Shown piece after piece: positions 15,925-24,900 of a DNA stretch of 64,000 bases (positions are counted from its first letter, which is position 1; each line of letters begins with the position of its first letter). Source of the DNA: Methanobacteriota archaeon. Lineage in GTDB: Archaea; Thermoplasmatota; Poseidoniia; Poseidoniales; Poseidoniaceae. The DNA lies in assembly GCA_004195515.1 (NCBI GenBank), contig PSPR01000021.1, positions 867-64,866 of the forward strand, in the 5' to 3' direction. The position numbers and the translations under genes are program-made. Below the pieces are notes generated by a model, which was not told where the DNA came from, searched no databases, and saw only the letters and a list, made by a program, of their open reading frames with translations.

Positions 15925-17490
15925 ATGAGGGCAACCCGTCTGTGGTCTACTAAGATGGAAGGAAAAGGGGAGGACAAGAAGGTCGTCGCCGGCGCCGGTG
16001 AATCATTGCCCAACCCCTATGGAGGTGGATTTGATGATGCGGCAGACGAACTTGAAATATCTCGCCGAATGTGGTCCCAAGCCGAAAACCAGCGAATTAC
16101 GATGGGCAATTTTGCAAGCAAACCATCCATCTTGTTTCTTCGGCAGCTAACTGGAGTCTTGATGGCATTAACCGCGCTGGCAGGCGTGATAGTACCAAGC
16201 CAAAAACCAGCGGCTACCGTTGCTTTTTTCATTCCATTATTGGCACTAAGTATCGTCCCTGCATTATTGGCTAGCGAAAAATCGATTTCGGCAATGGTCT
16301 TACGTTCATCGCTTTGGAAACAAGGGGCATTTATCGAAGGTCTGAGCAGAGACATGATGGCAGAACCAGGGATGGACCGCATCAAAGCAGGAATTAATGA
16401 CGCCCGCCGCCATAATGCAGTCGCAGCAATTTTAGCAGGCGTTTCCACGCTATTGCTAGTCTCATCCGCGGGTTTAGAAACCGACAGCCTCGCCTATAAT
16501 CTCGTTTTATTGGTAACGATGGCAACCAGTCTCGGCCTTGCGTTTCATGCGGTTTTCACCACCGATGAAATCCGCCGTTTAGGCGATAGATTACCATATC
16601 TCATCCTCCATGCACCAACCCATCACCCAACCCAATTAGATACGATTCTAGGGGATTTAGTATTGGCTCATCTGGACCCAGATTTAACACAAGCGTGGAA
16701 ACTTTGGGAGGAGGATTTAGGCGAGGCAATATTGACGGGAGTCGATAGAAGGCAAGCTCGCGAGCGCCTCCTCTACCTATTACATCTCAATAATTCAGGT
16801 GCTTTAAGCGATGAGGAAACCCTAGGTGAGATGAAGGAATTTATCAAACCGATGAAGTTGGAGACTATTCTTTTTGATGAGAATTCAGAATTTAATTGGC
16901 GAAGATTGCAAAGATTGATTCAACATGCGAGATCTTGGCGCACAGAGGTATTTGATTTACTTGATAGACTCCAAAACGATCTACTGTCTGGTTCAGCAGC
17001 GGTAACCAGAGATGATTGGCGAATGGATTTGGCATTAGGGAATGTTTCAAACGATGGAACCGGCCACCTTTTCATCGCCATCAATAACCAAACATCTGAG
17101 AATCGCCATTTACGAGTCGAGGTAATCGTCCCCGGAGGAGTGCCGGAGTCTCAAAATCATAGATTTGAATTATCGGCTTGTCCCGGCCCTAAAAGTTCAC
17201 TAGCCTTGGCAGATTCATTATTGGAAGATGCTTTGGATTGGATGCCGAGATATTTAGAAAAAGGTGTGATTTTATGGATTGGTTTGGCCTGGAAGAACAG
17301 GTCTAGAAAACAACGAAATATCCAGGTTATTCTTCGGGATGATGAGGGGGTCGTTTTAGACTCCAGAATAATCACTTCAGAGGGCGTAGCAACCGAATCT
17401 CAATTGGAAAATCGCCGATTAAAACGGATGTTGGGTGCCAGATCTATCGGCGAATCAGATTTACCAACACCAACCCTACAGACAGCATGA
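15925..17490 (+). CDS. Hypothetical membrane protein (N-terminal multi-TM region, large C-terminal soluble domain)
   Basis: A long ORF with several hydrophobic helices in residues ~80-230 and no recognisable motif. The start is uncertain (TTG 15886, ATG 15925 or ATG 15955). Confidence 0.55.
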   Translation: MRATRLWSTKMEGKGEDKKVVAGAGESLPNPYGGGFDDAADELEISRRMWSQAENQRITMGNFASKPSILFLRQLTGVLMALTALAGVIVPSQKPAATVAFFIPLLALSIVPALLASEKSISAMVLRSSLWKQGAFIEGLSRDMMAEPGMDRIKAGINDARRHNAVAAILAGVSTLLLVSSAGLETDSLAYNLVLLVTMATSLGLAFHAVFTTDEIRRLGDRLPYLILHAPTHHPTQLDTILGDLVLAHLDPDLTQAWKLWEEDLGEAILTGVDRRQARERLLYLLHLNNSGALSDEETLGEMKEFIKPMKLETILFDENSEFNWRRLQRLIQHARSWRTEVFDLLDRLQNDLLSGSAAVTRDDWRMDLALGNVSNDGTGHLFIAINNQTSENRHLRVEVIVPGGVPESQNHRFELSACPGPKSSLALADSLLEDALDWMPRYLEKGVILWIGLAWKNRSRKQRNIQVILRDDEGVVLDSRIITSEGVATESQLENRRLKRMLGARSIGESDLPTPTLQTA

Positions 17491-17549
17491 GTCTTGGTTG
17501 GGAAGCGCGGTGCTTATGACATGGCTTCACTTGGGCCAACTCACCAGAG

Positions 17550-19187
17550 GTGGAGTATGTGGAAGCATGGGACATCATAGTCATCGGAGACGGGCCAGCA
17601 GCACTACGTGCTGCCGCGAGCGCAGCTAAAGCGGGTAGTTCTACTCTAATGATGGCTGCAGACACATTGGGGAGCGGCGACTCATCAGCATTTGATGGCA
17701 TTGCAGCACCCTTGAAAGAAAGCACCACCAAATCTCATCGAGATGATACTATTCGTGCCGGTGGATTCCTTTGCGATCAAGATATCGTTTCAAAAAGAGT
17801 TTCTCAAGCCACAAGGCAAGTCGACCTCCTCGAGCGATGGGGGGTAATTTTTCGGCGCGACTCAGATGGAATTCCATTTGTCCGGCGCGGACCGGGCCAT
17901 ACCCTCCCTAGATTGACCGGTGCAGGCGATGCTCTAACCAGAGAATGCCAACAGGTATTGGAAGAACAATGCATTCGCCATGGCGTGGTTAGAAGAGGAA
18001 ATCAAATTCCGATGGAATTGGTTCATACAGATAATGCAGTTCATGGAGTCATAGCTTTAGATATGTCATCAGGAATTCTAAATTCTATTCAAGCCAAAGC
18101 GATTATCATCGCTGATGGCGGCTATGAAGGGGTTTGGACCGGAACTGCAACAGGCCTTGGTTTAGATTTGGCAATGAAGGCCGGATTGGCAGTAAAAAAT
18201 CTTGAATTTGTAGCATGGGCTCCTTTAGCCGTTAAGGGAACAAATATTGTTTTACCACTTGGAATGATGGCTGATGGTGCAAAGTTGCACCTTTCGTCCG
18301 GGGCTGAACTCGATGTAGATCAATATTCTGACACGACCTCTCTTGCAAATGCAATTGGGTCCAATTCCGATGCTGTTTTAGACGCAAGACACCTTGGCGA
18401 TTCGAGCATCTGGTGGGCGCAAACCGCTGAGTTAATATCTACTAGATTAGGAATTGATATCAATCGACAAACCATCCCACTCCACCCACGGGTTGCAACC
18501 ACCCTAGGTGGGATTGCAACCGATGAACACGGCCGGGCAATCATTGGAAAATGGTCGCGCTGGTTCACCGGATTATATGCTGCAGGTGACGCAGCATCTT
18601 CTGGATTGCACGGGGCAGGCATGGTTGCCGGAAACAGGCTACTGGATGCGATGGCAGGCGGAGCGGCAGCGGGTGAGCACGCAGCGAACTTTACTAGCAA
18701 GGCCGATTTTACTGGCAGATCTGCTTTGGAAACAAGCCTAGGAGCTTGTGAAGCAGATTTAGATTTAGATATGGAGGGTGCTGAAGGCGAAGTTCTGAGA
18801 ACATCGCCGTTATTTTCAAAATTGAGCGATATCATGAATGAAAAAGTTTCGCATCAAAGGGACGCAGAAGGACTAAGCAAAGCATTGAGGACACTCTTAT
18901 CATTACAAGAAGATAGTAAAAAAATTCATCTTGATGACCATAGCAGATTATTCAATACCAACCTATTAGAGGCAACTAGGCTAAAAGCAGGAATTCGTCT
19001 TGCTATCGCTACCACTCAAAGCGCACTTGCTCGTACCGAGAGCAGAGGCACGCACCAAAGGACAGACTTCGACCAAACCGACTCTGATTGGCTTCACCAT
19101 TCACTCGTCGACGGCGAAGGAAACACCTCCACTCTAGCAATACGCAAGGGCTCGGCAGGCAACTGGATCCTCGCACCTGAGGCTTGA
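17550..19187 (+). CDS. FAD-dependent flavoprotein of the L-aspartate oxidase / succinate dehydrogenase-fumarate reductase flavoprotein family (NadB-like)
   Basis: 'DIIVIGDGPAALRAA' is a dinucleotide-binding motif. 'GLYAAGDAASSGLHGAGMVAGNRLLD' and 'RTESRGTHQRTDF' are family signatures. The start codon is GTG. Confidence 0.75.
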   Translation: MEYVEAWDIIVIGDGPAALRAAASAAKAGSSTLMMAADTLGSGDSSAFDGIAAPLKESTTKSHRDDTIRAGGFLCDQDIVSKRVSQATRQVDLLERWGVIFRRDSDGIPFVRRGPGHTLPRLTGAGDALTRECQQVLEEQCIRHGVVRRGNQIPMELVHTDNAVHGVIALDMSSGILNSIQAKAIIIADGGYEGVWTGTATGLGLDLAMKAGLAVKNLEFVAWAPLAVKGTNIVLPLGMMADGAKLHLSSGAELDVDQYSDTTSLANAIGSNSDAVLDARHLGDSSIWWAQTAELISTRLGIDINRQTIPLHPRVATTLGGIATDEHGRAIIGKWSRWFTGLYAAGDAASSGLHGAGMVAGNRLLDAMAGGAAAGEHAANFTSKADFTGRSALETSLGACEADLDLDMEGAEGEVLRTSPLFSKLSDIMNEKVSHQRDAEGLSKALRTLLSLQEDSKKIHLDDHSRLFNTNLLEATRLKAGIRLAIATTQSALARTESRGTHQRTDFDQTDSDWLHHSLVDGEGNTSTLAIRKGSAGNWILAPEA

Positions 19188-19651
19188 AGCGCCTTCGCGA
19201 CCTGGTGAGAACCTTGGTTGAACAAACTTTGTTCGAACGGATAATTTCAGAAGAAATTCCTGCCAACTTCATTGCTCGAGGAGATGATTGGTCAGCTTTC
19301 TTAGATGTCTTTCCTAGAAGGCCAGGTCACACCTTGGTTGTGCCACACTTACCGGTGATGAGATTGATCGATTTGCCGATAAATAATCTCGCATCATTAA
19401 TGAAAGGGGTACAGATCACTCAAAGAAAATTAAAAAAATATTTTGGTAACGAGGACTTTTCGGTCGTTTTACACGACGGCCCGATAGCAGGCCAAGAAAT
19501 TCATCACCTCCACTTTCACGTCATCCCCCGGCAAAAGGACGATGGCGGCCAAACATTACTTTCGATGTGGCCAGAAACAAAACAATCTTCTCAACCGGAT
19601 TTTGCAGGACTTGCTAGTCTTTGTTCTGCCATCGGGGGGGCGAATAAATGA
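19184..19651 (+). CDS. HIT-family (histidine triad) nucleotide hydrolase/transferase
   Basis: 'HHLHFHVIPR' is the histidine triad. It overlaps the upstream gene by 4 nt; a GTG at 19205 is an alternative start. Confidence 0.8.
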   Translation: MKRLRDLVRTLVEQTLFERIISEEIPANFIARGDDWSAFLDVFPRRPGHTLVVPHLPVMRLIDLPINNLASLMKGVQITQRKLKKYFGNEDFSVVLHDGPIAGQEIHHLHFHVIPRQKDDGGQTLLSMWPETKQSSQPDFAGLASLCSAIGGANK

Positions 19652-21165
19652 CTCCGGATGGGGTGCGAGACCACCATGGGGAGCTGGTCCCTGAACTTTC
19701 AAAATCCGCAAAAAAAATGAATTATGAAAGGTTGTTGAACACACCCTTACCATCCTATGATTCAAATTATCCGGGTTCACCATTTTGGATGGAGTTTGGA
19801 TACTTTGGCTTACGAAGAACCCAAAGTTGTATCTTCAGAACCCTAGAAATAACCGGGACGGAAAAAATCCCAACCGATAGGGGGACATTGTGTGCCGCAT
19901 GGCATACAAATGGCCTCATCGATATAATTTCTATTTTCCTTTCTCATCCCAATAAATTTGTTATTGGGGGCCGTCACGATTTGGTCACCCGATCGATATT
20001 AGGCTTCTGGGCTCGAAAATTTGCGGTTCAACCAGTAATCAGGAAAGCCGAGTTGCTCAGAGGCGGTTGCAGCGAAGAAGAGGCCATCAAATTGAATGGT
20101 AGATCTTTATTGAGTTTAGCGACAGGAATCTCTCATGGTTATGCTTGTGCACTTTTCCCTGAAGGAACCAGCCATTCTGAAAGCCATTTAATCCGGCTCA
20201 GAACCGCCGCCCACGCCAAATCGATTGAATCCACCCCCCCCGTAATAATCCCGATTGGGCTTCATTTTAGAATTAGACACAAATTCAGAACCGATGCTTG
20301 GATAGAATACGGTGAGCCAATTCAGGTTCCTTATAAAAATCTAAACCAAGAATTAGTCGAGGCCGTCAAGAACGGAGATTGGGTAGAACCACCAGCTGAA
20401 GATGTGATCGCTCTTAGAGATGAATTAGAAGCTAAACTTTCACCTTTAACTCCGGCAAAACCGACATATTCAGAGTATAGGGCCGACCAATTGATCGCTC
20501 ATGTTAAGGCCAGAATCTCCAAAACCCCTTTGGTTTCTTGGCGCAAAGAGGTACTAGCTGCAAGAAGGGTAAGAGATAATCCACCCTCGAATGAGATCTT
20601 ACAACTATCTGAGAAAATAGGAGAACGACTACACAATTCAGGATTGGATGGTCGAGATGTCAATAAAAACGCTACCGGGTTGAGGGGCTTTTCTCCAGGG
20701 GGGGCACTAACCGGCTCGATAAAAACGCTATTTGCATTGGCGATGCTTCCACTTATTCTTCTGAGCCAATTTCCTCAAATAATGTTAGGGCGGGTCCTAG
20801 GCGATAGCACCGACGAAGGCGAAGATGCTAGGGTGTCGTTCCAATTTTTAGCAGGGATGTTTGGCTCTTTATTCATATGGCCAACATTGTCGATTTTAAC
20901 TATTTTAAGTCTAATTTTATTCAGTAATAAAATCAATTCAACCTTTGGTGTTGATTGGCTGAACCTTTACGGCGGTTCACCAATCTATCAATTGGCGGCC
21001 ATTTTGTTGATATTTGTATTCAATATAGTTTCATATTGGCTCGCAGGACGCGCTTTTGCATGGGGGTGGGATCCAATTTCTGACACGGCAAAATTTGGAA
21101 GAAGACTCAAAAACGGTACAAAATTCAAAAGTGATTTAATTAAATTAAGGGAATTGATGGAGTGA
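19648..21165 (+). CDS. PlsC-like (lysophospholipid/glycerol-phosphate) acyltransferase with a C-terminal multi-TM extension
   Basis: 'AWHTNGLIDI' (an H-x5-D variant of the HX4D block), 'FPEGTSH' (block III) and 3-4 C-terminal TM helices. ATGA overlap with the HIT gene stop. Confidence 0.7.
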   Translation: MTPDGVRDHHGELVPELSKSAKKMNYERLLNTPLPSYDSNYPGSPFWMEFGYFGLRRTQSCIFRTLEITGTEKIPTDRGTLCAAWHTNGLIDIISIFLSHPNKFVIGGRHDLVTRSILGFWARKFAVQPVIRKAELLRGGCSEEEAIKLNGRSLLSLATGISHGYACALFPEGTSHSESHLIRLRTAAHAKSIESTPPVIIPIGLHFRIRHKFRTDAWIEYGEPIQVPYKNLNQELVEAVKNGDWVEPPAEDVIALRDELEAKLSPLTPAKPTYSEYRADQLIAHVKARISKTPLVSWRKEVLAARRVRDNPPSNEILQLSEKIGERLHNSGLDGRDVNKNATGLRGFSPGGALTGSIKTLFALAMLPLILLSQFPQIMLGRVLGDSTDEGEDARVSFQFLAGMFGSLFIWPTLSILTILSLILFSNKINSTFGVDWLNLYGGSPIYQLAAILLIFVFNIVSYWLAGRAFAWGWDPISDTAKFGRRLKNGTKFKSDLIKLRELME

Positions 21166-21199
21166 ACGGTTCAAGTTAGTCGACCGTTTGGGAGTGAAT

Positions 21200-21832
21200 A
21201 TGTCCGCCGACGAGATAGCCACCAATGTCCGCCAATGGTTGGAGGGTGAACGTATGGAGATTCGCGAACAAAAGGACGATCGTTCCCATCTTCATTTATT
21301 GTGTAAATATCCTGCTGGGAAAAACGGTCACATGTTTGCAATCGTTATACCAAAAGGAAGAGACTTACTAGCGATATCTTCTATGACAAGAGTCGATGGC
21401 GGTCAGCAAAATTCTATGCAAAAACTGATCGACGAAGAAGAGGACGAATGGGTAACATGGGCCCATGACTGTCGAATGCAATTGATTGCATCAGGTGCAG
21501 ATTGGGCGATTCATATGGGCCATTCTAAGAAAAAGGCAGGTGGTCCTCTTCAAGCTTTCAATGTAAGCGAACCAATTTGGTTTGATGGTTTAACCAAGAA
21601 CGAATTAATGCAAACCCTTCGCCGGCTATGGATGGCTAAATTAGGAGTTATCCTTGAAATCAAATACACCTTTGGCCCAGGAACCGGAAAGGCGGGCCCT
21701 GTTGATGATTGGGTAAAGAAACAAGGCCAAAAACGAACTACTGCGGCCCAAAAAGCAGAGGACGTCAAAGAGGTCCACACCGATGATTCGATGTCGTTTG
21801 GTACTGGATTTGACCCCTCAGAATGGGTCTGA
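21200..21832 (+). CDS. Hypothetical cytoplasmic protein
   Basis: The ATG at 21200 is preceded by GGAG. No motif was recognised with confidence. Confidence 0.55.
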   Translation: MSADEIATNVRQWLEGERMEIREQKDDRSHLHLLCKYPAGKNGHMFAIVIPKGRDLLAISSMTRVDGGQQNSMQKLIDEEEDEWVTWAHDCRMQLIASGADWAIHMGHSKKKAGGPLQAFNVSEPIWFDGLTKNELMQTLRRLWMAKLGVILEIKYTFGPGTGKAGPVDDWVKKQGQKRTTAAQKAEDVKEVHTDDSMSFGTGFDPSEWV

Positions 21833-21927
21833 AAACCGTTAGTTTTTCCCAGTAGGGTTTTGACCTGAAAGGGTCGCGGTTAAGTAGGAAGAAGTAAACG
21901 AAACTTTGTATTTAAGAAGGTGTATCT

Positions 21928-24900
21928 ATGGGACAGAAAACAAAGTCGATTTCGCTAGCGGCAATAATGCTGCTTTCTACATTATCAGCAATATTGATTG
22001 CAGCGCCAGCTGTAGCAACACAAGTAGTAATTACCGAAGCGATTCAAATCGTTGATAGTGGTTCTGCAAACGACCGCATGGCAGCAGTGGCTTCCGATTC
22101 AGAAGGAAACATACACGTGATCTGGAGTCGATCGGCTCAACATCTTTACTATTCGATGGTTTCACCTCGAGGCGAGGTATTGATCGATGCGACCCAAATA
22201 ACAAGTTCGGGTTTACATAAAATCTATCACCCCGACATGGTAATCGATGAATTGGACAATGTTCATATCGTTTGGGCAGACCATTCCGGCCAATACAAAA
22301 TCATGTATACGGCTTTGTCCCCATTTAAAACACCGATGGATGGGTCCGCTTCAGTTGATAGCGAGTTGTCAATTATTGAAGATACCATCATCGCCCAACA
22401 TTCAAACAATCGCGACTGGCCCGCAATCGATGTTGATAGTAATGGCAATATCCACATCGTTTGGGAAGACAATTATGATTCATTAGATCTGTTTTTCCAG
22501 CAACCGCAAATTTACTACTCTATGATCCAACCCGACTATGGGTCTAATAGTGCACTCGTAATGTTCGATGATACACTACTCACTCCAATCATTGGCCACA
22601 AAGGACACCCCGATATCGTAGTAGATGCTGACGATTATGTTCAAATCGCATGGGATGACACCAGAGGCGGCAAAGTGGAATTGGTATTCGTCGTAGATAC
22701 ATCGGGATCGATGTATTCGGAATGGGCTGATGTCTGTACGGTAATTTATGGCGGGTCTTTCCAGTCAGGTACAAATTTCAAAGGGATTAAACCAATGCTA
22801 GAAGAAGGAAACATGACCGTTTATGAGACCATTTATGGACTTGGCAACACCTTACCCGGCGCTGCTAATAGTGGAAACTGTGCTTCGCACAACAAGAATT
22901 CTGGGCCAAGAAACACCCCCCTTGGCCAAACACCAAACGATGATTCTGGTGGCCTACGAACATTGCCCGGAACCATTTACAATGGCGCAACCTATTCTGG
23001 ATACTCGGGCGAAGACTGGGGCCCCGGATCAAATTGGGCTTGTTTGTCTTGGAGAGATTCGAGCAATAACGTACCAGGAAACCCACCGACCTCTGCGGAC
23101 CACAAATGGAATCCAAATGCAACCAAGATTGTCTTACCGGTTTCCGATGAAGGGCCAAAAGACGGCGACCCTTCCCAACAAGCCGATGACACACAATCCA
23201 TCAACGAAGCCCACGATAGTTGTGTCAATGCAGGAGTTATCCCGGTTGGATTATACGGCCAGAGTTACGGCGGTGCAAATAACATTCAATCACATATGAA
23301 AGATCTAGCACAATGTCCTAATGGCGTAATTTCAACCGCGACAAGAAATTGTCCTGGAAGTACACAGCGCTCCACCGACGCTGGAGGCCAAGCCTACGAA
23401 TTCCCTTCCGGGAGTAGCGGCGTTAGCCAGATGCAACTTTTGGTCGAAGCTATGGTTTACATATCAACCAATAACTCTCGAGAAATCTTCATGACGGTTT
23501 TAGACCCATATGGAAAGATGGCTAACGATGACTCTTGGGTCATGGGAGAACCTGGCCACACCACAAATGGCAATTCGTATAGTGAGGACACTGGCCGTGG
23601 AAGCGAAGGTCACTTAGTCGTGGTAAACGACACCCGGGTCACTATTGACGACGCTTTCTCACTTCACCCATCCATCGGAGTTGATAATATGGGCAATACC
23701 CATATCGCTTGGATGGATGGAAGAGATTATGGATTTGAAAAAGGTGTTCCATATGAAATATATTATACAAAACTTCGCCTGCAAGGAGCAGGTGAATGGG
23801 ACGGAGTTCCAAACGGCCTTTCGACCTATGCGATCAAGAGAATCGAGGATACTCCAATTTCAACAGTAGAAGGTTGGGGCGCTGCAAGTAGCGGCTGGGC
23901 TGGAGCGAGTCAAAACTCAGCTTATCCATCTCTGTTGACCGACGACCAGAACAATATCCACATCGCTTGGCTCGATTTTGCAAACGCAAGCACCGGCCAA
24001 GAGATTCTCTACACACGATTGAATTCAACCACTTTAACCGGACCTGGTAATACCTCATTGGACCCATGGAATTCATCTTCAATCACCCCCTGGGAGTCAT
24101 ATAAATTAGGCCCAAATCAATTATCTAAACCTTCTTTAGGTCAGCCACCGGCATTTTCGAACGACTTGGGAAGCGGTGCGCACGTCGCTTGGTCTGACAC
24201 AAATAAATGTGGTGAAGAATCAAATAATGGTAGATGGACGATTTGTTATTCTCACGTTTTGACCGGACAGGTCGATATCGAATTTGACGATGGTGAAACC
24301 TATTATCACGTTATAGAGCCTGGAGAGCAAACAATTTACAATTTAACCATTAATAATACAACTCCTGGGCCAAAGGATTTGGTTGCAGATACCTACAATC
24401 TCAACCTAACCGGCATTCCAGAGAATTGGACTGCTAACCTATACTTTGCAAATAACCACACATCTATCTTCGCAGATACTCCACTCTTCTTAGAAGGCGG
24501 AGAGATGGCTAGAATTTACTTGAGGGTAAGAGCTCCTTCTATCTATCAAGCAAATGGAGACCAATTAGCAGAAATTGTTATTTCAGCAACCTCAAATAAA
24601 GACCCAGCCATTAGATCGGACCGGGTTACATTGACCTTGATGGACGTGGTTCACGGAATCGATTTGGATACAAGTCATAGAATGGCAGATGTCGAGCAAG
24701 GGCAAACCGCAATTTTCTCGATTACGATTACCAATACGGGCAATGTACACGATTCCTTTGCGTTTTACGATCCTAGTGGCCTCGAAGGTCAACAGGAATG
24801 GCTCTTACCATTCGGTTGGCAAATCGACTTCCCATTACAGGTTTCTTTAGACCCAGGGCAATCGATAACCAAGAATCTTGAGATCAGCGTTCCAACGAGC

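Noticed and set aside
18320-18835. 171-aa ORF antisense to the NadB/SdhA-like flavoprotein gene
   Set aside because: It is an Ala/Ser/Pro-rich shadow of a GC-rich coding region, with no start context or motif.
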